Below, piece by piece: positions 1 to 10,465 of a stretch of DNA of 64,000 nt. Position 1 is the first letter of the stretch, and each line of letters begins with the position of its first letter. Position numbers and translations under genes: made by a program. The stretch comes from Bacteroidales bacterium (GTDB lineage: Bacteria > Bacteroidota > Bacteroidia > Bacteroidales > ML635J-15): contig JAISPG010000042.1 of assembly GCA_031275085.1 (NCBI GenBank), positions 8,071-72,070 on the forward strand, given 5' to 3'. A model generated the notes under the pieces. It saw only the letters and a list, made by a program, of their open reading frames with translations, was not told the DNA's origin and searched no databases.

Positions 1-21
1 TTAAATTTTTTATATATGATA

Positions 22-1443
22 TTAAAATTTTATTTCTTTTCCTCTGTAAAAATCCAGAATTTTTTGTTTAAAAATATAATCATATTTTGATTTCAGCAAA
101 TCTGTTTGAGTTTTAGCCAGATTATTTTTTGCAACGTTATATTCTGTAGTATTAAGTAATCCTTGTTCATATCTTTTTTCCGTATATTCAAAACTTATTT
201 CAATGGCTTTTAAAGTTTTTTCTGTTGCAAAATACTGTTTCATGGCAGATTGTGCATCCGAATATGCTTGTCGTATTTCTTTCAGGAGGTCTTTATTTGT
301 TTGATCTATCTGTAATTTTGATTGTTCAAGATAAATTTTTGAATTGTTTACCTGTGTTTTCGACTGCAATCCGTTAAAAATAGGGATATTAAGATTAAAT
401 GTAAGAGATGCACTGGCATTATCTTTTATCTGATCTCCAAAAGATCTGGTTTTATATGTGTAGTCAAATGTATGTAGATATACATCTAATATATTTCCGC
501 TTATGTCTGTGGTAAATCCGCTTAACGTAGGAGTACCTGAAGTTATATTCTCAATTATTTGCCTGGAACTGGAATAGCCTGTGCCATAAGAAGCACTTAG
601 ACTTAAGCGCGGCATTAATCCGCTTCTGGCAATTGATAAACTTTTTTGTGCAATTTGAAGGTTAAGCTCGGCATTCTCAATCTCAGGCATATGGTTTTGT
701 GCTTCCTTAAATATTTGATCAACATTGAGCAAAGCCGATTCCGAAGTAATATCTTCAATTTCAGGACGGACAATTGAAAAATTTTCAGTATCTTCAAGTT
801 CAAGTATTTGTGCAAGAATGAGTATCGACAGGCTTAACTGGTTCTCATAATTAACAAGATTTAACTCTTCTGTAGCTAATTGAGCTTCAAGTTCATATTG
901 GTTCTGTAAAGGTAAACTTCCGGCGGTAACAAGTTTCTTTGTTTGCTCCAGTTGTTGTTCTGTTATGTTTAGTTGGTTAGTTGCTACATCAATGAGATCC
1001 ATTGCAAAAAGTACATTTAAATAAGCTGAAGCAATTGCTAGGGTTATATCATTTTTTGCTTTTTCAAGCATGACTAACCCCGATTTATGTTCGATTTCTG
1101 CTTTTTTTATAGTGTTATATTGTTGTAATCCATTGAATAGTGTTACGGAAGATGATATCTGGAAATTTGTAGAATTAAAATTTTCAGACGAAAAATCATT
1201 TGTGAATGGGTCAACACTTCTCCCGAAAGTTAAACTTTCACTTGCACCGGCATTCAATCCCGGGATCAGCGATAACTTCGATTGTAACAGCTGGTTTTTA
1301 TTTATTTTGATATTTAATTCCTGGTTTTTTATCTGGATATTGTTCTCCAATGCATAATTAATACATCTTTCAAGTGTCCATGAATCCTGGGAAAATACAT
1401 TAATCGACAGCAAAATTAAAAATATCAGAGAGAATCTTTTCAT
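22..1443 (-). CDS. TolC-family outer membrane efflux protein
   Basis: 473-aa ORF with an N-terminal signal peptide. It has the two-repeat coiled/beta architecture and the WTLERCINYALENN-type N-terminus typical of OEP/TolC proteins. Any partner pump genes would lie left of the window. Confidence 0.85.
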   Translation of the reverse strand: MKRFSLIFLILLSINVFSQDSWTLERCINYALENNIQIKNQELNIKINKNQLLQSKLSLIPGLNAGASESLTFGRSVDPFTNDFSSENFNSTNFQISSSVTLFNGLQQYNTIKKAEIEHKSGLVMLEKAKNDITLAIASAYLNVLFAMDLIDVATNQLNITEQQLEQTKKLVTAGSLPLQNQYELEAQLATEELNLVNYENQLSLSILILAQILELEDTENFSIVRPEIEDITSESALLNVDQIFKEAQNHMPEIENAELNLQIAQKSLSIARSGLMPRLSLSASYGTGYSSSRQIIENITSGTPTLSGFTTDISGNILDVYLHTFDYTYKTRSFGDQIKDNASASLTFNLNIPIFNGLQSKTQVNNSKIYLEQSKLQIDQTNKDLLKEIRQAYSDAQSAMKQYFATEKTLKAIEISFEYTEKRYEQGLLNTTEYNVAKNNLAKTQTDLLKSKYDYIFKQKILDFYRGKEIKF

Positions 1444-1457
1444 TTTGAGAATATTGT

Positions 1458-1958
1458 TTAAAATCGTTTTTTATAAAAATGGCAATAGGGTAATTTTCCT
1501 GTTTTTGCATAATAATTCTGATGATAACCTTCTGCATCGTAAAATTTAGTGGCTTTGGTCAGCTTTGTGACAATCTTGTAACCTTTAAATTTTAATTCAT
1601 CAATGAGTTTTTGTGCAATTTGTTTTTGTTCATTATTCAGGTAAAAAATTTCGGAACGATATTGTATTCCTATATCAGGTCCCTGACGATTCAGTTGTTC
1701 CGGATCATGAATTTCAAAAAATAATTTTGCCAGAGTTTCAAAATTTGTTTTATTGGCATCGTATACAACTTTTATTGCTTCGGCATGTCCTGTTGTTGAA
1801 GAACAAACTTCTTCATAAGTCGGATTTTCGGTAGTACCGCCAATATATCCTACTGTAGCAGATAAAACACCCGGAATATTTTTCATGTGATGTTCGACAC
1901 CCCAGAAACATCCTCCTGCAAAAATAGCTTCCTCAATGTTAGGATTTTTGTTTTCCAT
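1458..1958 (-). CDS. msrA: peptide-methionine (S)-S-oxide reductase MsrA
   Basis: 166 aa with the GGCFWG active-site motif near the N-terminus and MsrA-like sequence throughout. Confidence 0.9.
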   Translation of the reverse strand: MENKNPNIEEAIFAGGCFWGVEHHMKNIPGVLSATVGYIGGTTENPTYEEVCSSTTGHAEAIKVVYDANKTNFETLAKLFFEIHDPEQLNRQGPDIGIQYRSEIFYLNNEQKQIAQKLIDELKFKGYKIVTKLTKATKFYDAEGYHQNYYAKTGKLPYCHFYKKRF

Positions 1959-2020
1959 GTTATCTTTTCAGCAAACTTAAAAATAATTCATAAATAATAA
2001 AAACTTATGAATTTGTAAAA

Positions 2021-2056
2021 AAAATAGAGATACATTTTGCATCTCTATTTTTTGTA
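2021..2056 (-). terminator. rho-independent terminator (bidirectional hairpin) after the 2070-3632 gene
   Basis: ATAGAGAT (2024-2031) pairs with ATCTCTAT (2041-2048). T/A runs lie on both sides, about 22 nt past the stop codon. Confidence 0.7.
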
Positions 2057-2069
2057 TTCTAATAATTCA

Positions 2070-3632
2070 TTATCTTCCTGTAAACTGGGCAAATTTGACT
2101 TTTTGTCCGTTTTGTGCCATCATATAAAGTCTGTAATTGTATTCTTTTACAAATTCAGGGATCAGTTTATATTTTTTGTTTTTAGCAAAAAGTTGTGTTC
2201 CATGAATTTTACCGTCGGAGAATATTGAAACAGATACTGCCATTCCGGAACGTCCCGGAGATGTTATTTCTTTATAAAGAGTTCCGTCAAGATCCTGTTT
2301 TTGAAGAAGCTTAAGATTTTTTGCATTGTCATTATAGAACAGGAATATTTTTTCTCCTACTGCATAATATGCTATTGATGAGAATTTTCCCCAGTCATTA
2401 TAGCTATATTGGCTTTTGGGGATACGGGTCATCCATTCCATATTATTTTCAGGACTGCAATATGCTACCAGAACATCATTGAATTTGTAATAATCGTTGT
2501 ATATAACTTCTTTTGTCTGCGGAACAATAATACTGTCCATCCAATAGTTCTGATGTTCGGCAATTATAGCAGAACCGCCATTTGCGAGATATACAACATC
2601 CAGTAATTTATAATCATATAATTGATCCATGATTCTGGAAAGTCTTTCTGCTCTGAATTCCGGAAGTTCTGTTTTTGAAAATGTATAATCTGCTTTTTTA
2701 GCATCTCCACTAAAAAATTGTCCTGTTTTTGTGTTCAGCTTTTGATGATGTATTCCTTCGTAATTTGTTTTACCTTTTCTTACCAGGAAACCATAAATAT
2801 CTATATTTTCTTCAGTATCAAGTCCAAAAATGACATCTACAAGCTGCATTTTTTTGCCTTTGGTATCATATCCGTTAACATTACCGGTAGCTGCATCAAA
2901 TACCAGTATTTTATAGTCATATACAACTGTTTTCATTCTTTTGAGCTGTCTGGGATCTGGACTGATACGGGCAAGCATATATATATTACCGCTGTTTCCG
3001 ATTTCAATCTGGTCTATTTCAAAAGCCTTGTTGTTAAGCGGAAGTTTTATAGTATTGTTATATATTTCCTTCATATTCGAATCATATACCTTGAAATAGA
3101 AGGGTTCTTCGTTGTATGTCTGGAAAGGACGGTTATACCATATAAATACGTTTTGTTTATTTGGAGTAAGTTTTATATTGAAGTCAACTGATATGTTCTG
3201 GTTGGTAAGTTTACCTATTACTGTGGGTTCGCCAAGTATATGAGCGTTTTTACCTACTTGTTGAATATACAAAGATTTTTCTTTTGTAGTGTTGTTTAAG
3301 ACTTCTGTGAAAAGCAAAAGCTTACTATCTATAAAAAACATGTCGATATATCTGGCGTTTATTCCGCTTACCATAGGCAGTATCATCTGGTTTGAAGCTT
3401 CACGTGCCATAGTGGTTGCATTAAAATAATCCAGATAAATATCGTCGTTTTCATCTACCCTTAATGCGTAAAATCCGTCAGAATCTGCTCCCAACAGTCT
3501 TTCGTAATCGTTCAGTTTTGGTAAAACGACATCTTTATCATATCCAAAACTCACAGATGACTGAGCATTGATAAAACCAATGCATATAACCATTACAATG
3601 ATTGTTAAAAATACTTTTTTCATAATTTTCAT
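2070..3632 (-). CDS. hypothetical secreted protein
   Basis: 520-aa ORF with a clear signal peptide (MKKVFLTIIVMVICIGFINAQS). I recognise no family motif. Confidence 0.6.
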   Translation of the reverse strand: MKIMKKVFLTIIVMVICIGFINAQSSVSFGYDKDVVLPKLNDYERLLGADSDGFYALRVDENDDIYLDYFNATTMAREASNQMILPMVSGINARYIDMFFIDSKLLLFTEVLNNTTKEKSLYIQQVGKNAHILGEPTVIGKLTNQNISVDFNIKLTPNKQNVFIWYNRPFQTYNEEPFYFKVYDSNMKEIYNNTIKLPLNNKAFEIDQIEIGNSGNIYMLARISPDPRQLKRMKTVVYDYKILVFDAATGNVNGYDTKGKKMQLVDVIFGLDTEENIDIYGFLVRKGKTNYEGIHHQKLNTKTGQFFSGDAKKADYTFSKTELPEFRAERLSRIMDQLYDYKLLDVVYLANGGSAIIAEHQNYWMDSIIVPQTKEVIYNDYYKFNDVLVAYCSPENNMEWMTRIPKSQYSYNDWGKFSSIAYYAVGEKIFLFYNDNAKNLKLLQKQDLDGTLYKEITSPGRSGMAVSVSIFSDGKIHGTQLFAKNKKYKLIPEFVKEYNYRLYMMAQNGQKVKFAQFTGR

Positions 3633-3670
3633 TTTTTTTACAGTTTGCTAAGGTAATAATATTTTTTAAA

Positions 3671-4720
3671 TTATAAAATATTGTTTTTATTTGCTAATTG
3701 TCCACATGCAGCATTGATATCCTGACCTTTAGATTTCCTGAGAGTGACTATAAGATTTTTATTTTCAAGGAAGTTAAAAAAATCCTGTAATTTTTCTTTG
3801 CTTGTGTTTTTATACTCACTTTTTTCTGTTGAGTTATATTGTATCAAATTTATCTTGCACGGTGAAATTTTTGTAAATTCAGTAAGTTTTACAGCATCTT
3901 CAATACTATCATTTATTCCGCCCAACATAAGATATTCGTATGTTACCCTTGTTCCTGTTTTTTCATAAAAATATTTTATTGCTTTTTTTAAGGCTTCAAG
4001 ATCATATTTTTTGTTTACAGGCATTATTGTACTTCTTTTTTCATTATCAGCCGAGTGTAGAGAAATTGAAAGATTAAATTTTATATTATCATCGGCAAGT
4101 TTCTTTATTCCCGGAACAACTCCTGCTGTAGAAAGGGTAATGCGTTGCGGCGACATTCCCATCCCGTTTTCAGACATTATTATATTTATTGCATTTATTG
4201 TGTTCCCATAATTTAATAACGGTTCTCCCATACCCATTATTACAATGTTCGACAAATTTTTAGCAAAAATATCATTACTTAGTTTATTTAATAAAAATAC
4301 TTCATCAAAGATTTCACCGGTCGTCAGGTTTCTTTTATATCCAATCTTACCTGTGGCACAAAAGCTGCAATTCAACTGACATCCGATTTGAGTTGAAATA
4401 CATGCAGTAACTCTGTCTTTATCGGGGATAAGAACTCCTTCAAATTTATGATCATCAACGGACTGGAACAGGAATTTTGTAGTTTTATCTTTTCCGGAAG
4501 TCTGAAAAACAGGTTTTATCTTATCAATGTAATATTGTTGCTCCAATTTTTCTTTGAGGGACTGAGGGAGATTCTTCATTTCCTGAAAACTTTCACTTCC
4601 TTTTTTCCACAACCATTCGGATAATTGTGTCAGACGAAATTTCTTTTCATTAAGATCGTTAAAAAAGTCCATTAATTCGGAATATTCCTGATTTCTTATA
4701 TTTTTTCGTTTATTATCCAT
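3671..4720 (-). CDS. rlmN: 23S rRNA/tRNA (adenine-C2)-methyltransferase RlmN (radical SAM)
   Basis: 349 aa with the radical-SAM CxxxCxxC motif (CQLNCSFCATG), a C-terminal conserved Cys (AACGQL) and RlmN-like sequence overall. Confidence 0.9.
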   Translation of the reverse strand: MDNKRKNIRNQEYSELMDFFNDLNEKKFRLTQLSEWLWKKGSESFQEMKNLPQSLKEKLEQQYYIDKIKPVFQTSGKDKTTKFLFQSVDDHKFEGVLIPDKDRVTACISTQIGCQLNCSFCATGKIGYKRNLTTGEIFDEVFLLNKLSNDIFAKNLSNIVIMGMGEPLLNYGNTINAINIIMSENGMGMSPQRITLSTAGVVPGIKKLADDNIKFNLSISLHSADNEKRSTIMPVNKKYDLEALKKAIKYFYEKTGTRVTYEYLMLGGINDSIEDAVKLTEFTKISPCKINLIQYNSTEKSEYKNTSKEKLQDFFNFLENKNLIVTLRKSKGQDINAACGQLANKNNIL

Positions 4721-4774
4721 TTAGTTCAAAATTAAAAGCTGAACTTTTACCTTTATAATTAATTCTCAACCCTT

Positions 4775-4802
4775 TTAATTCTTAATTCTTAATTCTTAAT
4801 TC
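4775..4802. repeat. 4 x 7-nt tandem repeat TTAATTC (GAATTAA on the minus strand)
   Basis: Direct reading gives ttaattc x4 between the recX stop and the rlmN start. Confidence 0.9.
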
Positions 4803-4807
4803 TTTAA

Positions 4808-5272
4808 TTACTCATTAAATACCTTTTTTATATCATCATATTCAAATCCGCGACTCAATCCGAATCGTATCAATGAAGCTTTTTGTAAGTATTCGTCTTT
4901 CCCTGCCAATTGTTTTTTTTTGTTTTTTAGTAGTTGTTGTAATATTGATAAATATTCTGATTGGTCGATCTGGTCAATATATTTTGCAATGATTTTTTTA
5001 TCAATGTTCTTTGTTTTTAATTCTGATATGATTTTAATTTTCCCCCACTTATTAAATTTTAATTTATCATTAATGAATGCTTTTACGTATCGTTCGGGAT
5101 TTATAAAATCCTGTGAAACCAGTTCTTTTATTACAAAGGTTGTGTCTTCGTTGGGGATATCAAAATTTTTTTGAATATAATTTCGTACTTCAAATTCTGA
5201 TTTTTCTCCACGACTGCAATATTTACAGGTTTTTTGCAGAATTTCTTTTAATAATGGATTTTCTGTCATCAT
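4808..5272 (-). CDS. recX: regulatory protein RecX
   Basis: 154 aa. The pattern of repeated three-helix units (CSRGEKSEFEVRNYIQKN...) resembles RecX. It overlaps the upstream ORF by 4 nt. Confidence 0.65.
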   Translation of the reverse strand: MMTENPLLKEILQKTCKYCSRGEKSEFEVRNYIQKNFDIPNEDTTFVIKELVSQDFINPERYVKAFINDKLKFNKWGKIKIISELKTKNIDKKIIAKYIDQIDQSEYLSILQQLLKNKKKQLAGKDEYLQKASLIRFGLSRGFEYDDIKKVFNE

Positions 5273-6069
5273 TCAAATATTTCCAGGTCAATAAAATAAC
5301 CGTTATGTTTTCTTATATTTATGACATCACCTGAATCAAATATGAGATATTGTGCTTTGATCCCCGATAATTTCCCTTCGATTGTGTTGTTGGTATCCAG
5401 ATTTAATGATCTGAATTTTTGAATGTTGTAATTATACGGGTAATGAATATTAGTTATAGTATTGTCGAATGTAATGTATTTTTTATATTCATCAGGAATT
5501 TGTACTGAGATTTGTTTTTTCAACGACACTAAATCAATATCGCTGGTTTGTGTTTGTAACATTTTTGTCCAGCTGGTTTTATCTGATATATATTTACTCA
5601 ATTCAACTTCTATTTGTCCGGCAAGGTTACGATATGGTGTTTTTGCAAGTTTTATTGCACTTATGGCTCCCTGGTCAATCCAGCGATACGGGATCTGGGT
5701 ATATCTTGTAACTCCGACTTTTATATTACCTGTAATTGCTAGATATACATAATGATCTATCAGTGAATGTTTTTTTGCCCATTCCATATCGCGGCTTATA
5801 CCCAAATGCGACATGTCTTTTTCGGGATGTAAAACTCCTTCATCTGCTTGTGGTAACGAAACAAAACATGAATAACAATATCCCTGATGAAAACTTTTGT
5901 TTGTTATTGAATTGCAGTTTATACAATTTATCTGGTTTTTATATTTTATATTTATTTGTTTTCCTATCAAATCGTTCATTGATATTTCAATGTCTCCGAC
6001 AGTGAGGAAATAAGATACGGGATTACTGCCCGTTGTCCGCATTTTATAGATATTACCGCTATAAATCAT
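5269..6069 (-). CDS. DUF2797 domain-containing protein (Cys-rich)
   Basis: 266 aa with a zinc-ribbon-like CINCN...CYSCF cluster. The family name is recalled from memory. Confidence 0.55.
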   Translation of the reverse strand: MIYSGNIYKMRTTGSNPVSYFLTVGDIEISMNDLIGKQINIKYKNQINCINCNSITNKSFHQGYCYSCFVSLPQADEGVLHPEKDMSHLGISRDMEWAKKHSLIDHYVYLAITGNIKVGVTRYTQIPYRWIDQGAISAIKLAKTPYRNLAGQIEVELSKYISDKTSWTKMLQTQTSDIDLVSLKKQISVQIPDEYKKYITFDNTITNIHYPYNYNIQKFRSLNLDTNNTIEGKLSGIKAQYLIFDSGDVINIRKHNGYFIDLEIFE

Positions 6070-6119
6070 TTAGATTTTTTCAAAGTAGATATGCAAATTT
6101 AAAGTTTTTGCAATTATTT

Positions 6120-6653
6120 TTATTGTTTTCTGTCAAAGAAAATGTTTTTTCCGCTTACGCTTAATGCTATCCCTATAATTATACGTGTTTCTTCGGAAAA
6201 GATCCTTAATTCTCTTACCGCCATTCCTACAGTATACATGATCCTGTTGTCGATTCTGTTATCCATAGCAATGCTAACGGCAGAACCTATTGCTACACCA
6301 AGGTCATTAGTATTGAATGCACATGGTATTTGAGGATGTTTATTTTTATTTTCGCAATTTTCCATACCGCATAATCCGCATACTTTTAAATTCAAAGCCT
6401 GGATTTTGGTTCCGATTAAAACAACAGCTTCAGAGTTACGAATATTATTCGCATCTCTTAAAAAGTTAGCTTGTTCATTTGCTTTTCCGATTTCTTCCAT
6501 TTTATCGGCAATAATCAAAAGATCACTGTCGGTTGCAATTTTGATTTCAAGATTGTCGCGTCCTTTTCCTTTAGGTGCCGTACGTGCGGCAACTGCCATT
6601 TTACCGGCTATATTTATTACTGCATCTATCTTAAATTGAGCTTCACTTATCAT
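6120..6653 (-). CDS. DUF2148 domain-containing protein
   Basis: 177 aa with an N-terminal AARTAPKGKG motif and a Cys cluster (CGLCGMENC). The family name is recalled from memory. Confidence 0.6.
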   Translation of the reverse strand: MISEAQFKIDAVINIAGKMAVAARTAPKGKGRDNLEIKIATDSDLLIIADKMEEIGKANEQANFLRDANNIRNSEAVVLIGTKIQALNLKVCGLCGMENCENKNKHPQIPCAFNTNDLGVAIGSAVSIAMDNRIDNRIMYTVGMAVRELRIFSEETRIIIGIALSVSGKNIFFDRKQ

Positions 6654-7602
6654 ATTGCTTATTTTTTATGTTTATTATTTTTTTTACCAAAATTTCAGCC
6701 AGTTTAATTTTTGATTCAAATGTCCATCCTGCAATATGCGGAGACATTATTACATTATCGCACCCTGATAAATATTTGAAGTCTTTATCTTCAGTCATTT
6801 TTCCGGAAGTTTCAAAAGAAGCTTCTTCATATTCAACTACATCAAGTCCTGCTCCCAAGACCTTTTTATTTTTTAAACCATTTACAAGAGCAGATGTTTT
6901 AACAACAGGACCTCTGGCTGTATTTATCAGAAAAAAAGGTTTTTTAAATTTTTCGATAAATTTTTCGTCGACCATATAAGTGGTTTCATCTGTAAGGGGG
7001 ACATGAAGACTGAGAATATCGGAATTTTCAAATATTTCTTCCAAAGAGACTTCTTTGGTAAAACCATCTGAATAGTCAGATTTATATTTATCGTATGAAA
7101 TAATGTTGCATCCGAATCCGGAAAGTTTTTTAGCAAAGGAACTTCCCATATTTCCATAACCTATTATCCCGACAGTTTTATTATTAAGTTCAATTCCTCT
7201 GTTCGCTTCCCGCAACCACAATCCTGATTTAACTTCTTTATCTGCCTTGTTAAGATTATTTAACAATGACAATAACATACCTATGGCATGTTCACCCACA
7301 GCATCTTTATTCCCTTCAGGAGAATTCAGACATATTATTCCTTTTTTTTCGCAATATTCTGTGTCAATACTTTCCATTCCTGCTCCAACCCTGCCAATGA
7401 ATTTCATTTTTTTTGCAGCATCTATAATTTCTTTGTCGACAGTGATTCTGCTTCTTATAATTATACCGGTGAAGTCATGGATTTTTTGTAAAATTAGATT
7501 TCTTGACCATTCTGTTCCTGAAACTATTTCAAAACCATGTTTTTCAAGTTCACGGGGAATGATTTCATGTACAGTATCTATTAATAGAATTTTGTCAGGC
7601 AT
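6643..7602 (-). CDS. NAD-dependent D-isomer-specific 2-hydroxyacid dehydrogenase (phosphoglycerate dehydrogenase-like)
   Basis: 319 aa with the Rossmann motif GIIGYGNMGSSFAKKL and a catalytic His region (SPHIAGWT). Confidence 0.8.
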   Translation of the reverse strand: MPDKILLIDTVHEIIPRELEKHGFEIVSGTEWSRNLILQKIHDFTGIIIRSRITVDKEIIDAAKKMKFIGRVGAGMESIDTEYCEKKGIICLNSPEGNKDAVGEHAIGMLLSLLNNLNKADKEVKSGLWLREANRGIELNNKTVGIIGYGNMGSSFAKKLSGFGCNIISYDKYKSDYSDGFTKEVSLEEIFENSDILSLHVPLTDETTYMVDEKFIEKFKKPFFLINTARGPVVKTSALVNGLKNKKVLGAGLDVVEYEEASFETSGKMTEDKDFKYLSGCDNVIMSPHIAGWTFESKIKLAEILVKKIINIKNKQYDK

Positions 7603-7749
7603 TTTGTTAATAAATATTTATTACAAATATAATTTTTTCAGATAAAATAAAAGTTTTAATATTTGATTTTAGTTAAAGTATTATTCTGCCGGTTTGCTAT
7701 TTATTTTAATAATGTTAATTTTATGGGATCAAATTTTTAAGATTAAGTT

Positions 7750-9483
7750 ATGAAGAGATTTTCAGTGTTTTTTTCACTTTTACTATTAATGATGTTAACA
7801 TGTTCTGTGTTATATCCGTGTACAAGTTATCTGGTAAGTAAGGGAGCTTCTGCTGATGGTTCGGCAATGATAAGTTATGCCGCCGATTCCCACATAAGAT
7901 ATGGAGAACTTTACTGGCGTCCTGCAGGAGAGTGGGCGGCGGGAACATTTATTACATTATATGACAGAAGTACAGCAAAACCTCTGGGGCAAATTCCGCA
8001 AGTCGGAAAAACATATAAGGTAGTGGGATTTATGAATGAATTTCAGGTATCAATAGGTGAAACTACATTTGATGGCAGAAGTGAGTTGGTGGATACAACA
8101 GGAATTGTGGATTACGGAAGTCTGATGTTTCTTGCACTGCAACGTTCCAGGTCTGCGCGCGAAGCTATAAAAGTCATGGCAGAACTTATAAGTGAGTATG
8201 GTTATGCAAGCAGTGGGGAATCATTTTCTATTGGCGATCCTAATGAAGTATGGATCATGGAATTAATAGGAAAAGGAACAGAACTGGTATATGATAAAAA
8301 ATTGAAAAAATATATAAATAAAAATAAAGGTGGAGTATGGGTTGCAATGAAAATTCCTGACGGATATGTTTCTGCACATGCAAATCAGGCAAGAATAACG
8401 AACTTTTCTTTAAGTAATGGTAAAACATCTATAAGCAGTAAGGAGCTGGATAAGATTTTCAATCCTGAAGTGGAAGTTATATATGCGTATGATGTTATAT
8501 CTTTTGCAAAAGAGAAGGCATATTTTTCAGGCAATGATGAAGATTTTTCTTTTTCCGATGCATATGCTCCTATGACCTATGATGCTGCGAGATATTGCGA
8601 ACTAAGGGTTTGGACAATGTTCAATGCTGTAAATGACGATATGCAACAATATTGGAATGCGGCTACCGGTAAAGACCTTAATACAAGATTACCTTTGTAT
8701 ATAAAGCCAAACAGAAAATTAACACCTGCAGATCTCATGTCTTTTAAAAGAAACTATCTTCAAGGTACAGAACTTGATATGAGTAAAGATGCCGGTGCCG
8801 GTCCTTTTGGACTTCCATACCGGTGGAGACCATTAACATGGGAGCATAATGGTAAAAAATATACAAATGAAAGGGCTACGGTAACACAACAAACAGGTTT
8901 TTCATTTATAGCACAAATGCGTTCGTGGTTACCAGATCCTGTCGGAGGTATTTATTGGCTTGGTGTTGACGATGCCGGATCTTGTGTGTATGTTCCGTTT
9001 TATTGCGGAATATCAGAACCCGCAAGAACATGGGCTGAAGGATATGGAGATATTCTTACTTACAAAGACGATGCAGCATTCTGGGTATTTAACAGAGTTG
9101 CACATTTTGCATATTTGTTCTATGACAGAGTTATGGTTGATTTAAGGAAACATCAGGCAGAACTTGAGAATAAATTTTTCAGTTATCAGCCGCAGATAGA
9201 TAAAATTGCAGTCGGATTACATGAAAAAGATCCGGAATTGGCAAGAGAATTTTTGACGGATTATTCGACAACAACTGCAGATAATGTTGTATATTACTGG
9301 AAAGAATTAGGAAATTTCTTGCTTGTAAAATATCTGGACGGAAATGTAAAACAGGAAGAAAATGGAGAATTTCTGCGTAATCCGTGGGGATATCCAAAAT
9401 CGCCTAAATTTCCCGGATATTCTGAAAAATGGAAAAAAATTATTGTGGAAGATACTGGTGACCAATTTTTATTGCCGGAATAG
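7750..9483 (+). CDS. C69-family dipeptidase
   Basis: 577 aa. A signal peptide is followed by the nucleophile Cys (PCTSYLVSKGASADGS), the typical start of a peptidase C69. Confidence 0.8.
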   Translation: MKRFSVFFSLLLLMMLTCSVLYPCTSYLVSKGASADGSAMISYAADSHIRYGELYWRPAGEWAAGTFITLYDRSTAKPLGQIPQVGKTYKVVGFMNEFQVSIGETTFDGRSELVDTTGIVDYGSLMFLALQRSRSAREAIKVMAELISEYGYASSGESFSIGDPNEVWIMELIGKGTELVYDKKLKKYINKNKGGVWVAMKIPDGYVSAHANQARITNFSLSNGKTSISSKELDKIFNPEVEVIYAYDVISFAKEKAYFSGNDEDFSFSDAYAPMTYDAARYCELRVWTMFNAVNDDMQQYWNAATGKDLNTRLPLYIKPNRKLTPADLMSFKRNYLQGTELDMSKDAGAGPFGLPYRWRPLTWEHNGKKYTNERATVTQQTGFSFIAQMRSWLPDPVGGIYWLGVDDAGSCVYVPFYCGISEPARTWAEGYGDILTYKDDAAFWVFNRVAHFAYLFYDRVMVDLRKHQAELENKFFSYQPQIDKIAVGLHEKDPELAREFLTDYSTTTADNVVYYWKELGNFLLVKYLDGNVKQEENGEFLRNPWGYPKSPKFPGYSEKWKKIIVEDTGDQFLLPE

Positions 9484-9708
9484 GTTACATTATTTATTGT
9501 TTGTCTGGAATTTTTTATACAAAATATTTTCTATCCGGTTTGACTTCTAATGAGTTAATAATCAAATACTTTTTAACATTTGCTAATAAATTCTTAAAAA
9601 GAGGGTCTATTAACAATAACTATAAAACAAATTAATAAAAATGTAGTTTGTATTGTAGATATATGTAAAAAAATATCTTATTATTTTATACTTATAAGAA
9701 TAAAAAAT

Positions 9709-10407
9709 ATGTTTATATACTGGATAGTCTTCGGCGGGTTAATGGTATTAAGTTTGATAGTTAGTCAGACTTTACATTCCAGGTTCGATAAATATTCGAA
9801 AGAGCCATTACGTTCCGGTATGACAGGAAAAGAAGTAGCAGAAAAAATGTTACTGGATAAAAATATTTTAGATGTGAAAGTAGTTGCAATAAAAGGGCAT
9901 CTAACAGACCACTATAATCCTAAAGATCAGACTTTAAATTTAAGTGAATCGGTATATTCCGGATGTAGTATTGCAGCAGCAGCAGTAGCTGCACATGAGT
10001 GTGGACATGCAATACAACATGCAATATCATATAAATGGCTTAAAATGCGTTCTATATTAGTACCGGTAGTACAATTCGGAGTAAACTGGTCGCAGTGGAT
10101 ACTTTTGGCAGGGCTTATATTACTTGCAGTTGCGGGAAAATTAGGTTTTTATGTTCTGATTGCAGGAATAATCCTTTTTGCTTTAACAACAATTTTTGCA
10201 TTTGTAACACTTCCGGTAGAATATAATGCTTCTGTAAGAGCTATAAAATGGCTTGATTCCAGCGGAATTACTTCCGGGGTTGAGACCGAACATGCAAATG
10301 ATGCTCTTAAATGGGCTGCACGGACGTATGTTGTAGCAGCTTTATCGTCACTGGCAACTTTGTTATATTATATAATGATTGCTTTGAGTGGAAGGAATCG
10401 TAATTAA
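9709..10407 (+). CDS. membrane zinc metallopeptidase (Zn_peptidase_2 type)
   Basis: 232 aa with the HECGH zinc motif and flanking TM segments. Confidence 0.8.
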   Translation: MFIYWIVFGGLMVLSLIVSQTLHSRFDKYSKEPLRSGMTGKEVAEKMLLDKNILDVKVVAIKGHLTDHYNPKDQTLNLSESVYSGCSIAAAAVAAHECGHAIQHAISYKWLKMRSILVPVVQFGVNWSQWILLAGLILLAVAGKLGFYVLIAGIILFALTTIFAFVTLPVEYNASVRAIKWLDSSGITSGVETEHANDALKWAARTYVVAALSSLATLLYYIMIALSGRNRN

Positions 10408-10432
10408 AATATCATTTTCCCCATATATTTTC

Positions 10433-10465
10433 AAACCCTTATTCTGTTTTTATGAGTAAGGGTTT
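10433..10465 (+). terminator. rho-independent terminator between convergent genes
   Basis: AAACCCTTA (10433-10441) pairs with TAAGGGTTT (10457-10465) and is followed by a T-rich tract. Confidence 0.7.

Noticed and set aside
7608-7623. A perfect 16-bp palindrome, TAATAAATATTTATTA, lies immediately upstream of the dehydrogenase start codon and could be an operator.
   Set aside because: It consists only of A and T. Such palindromes are expected often at this base composition, and no second copy or partner regulator is evident.
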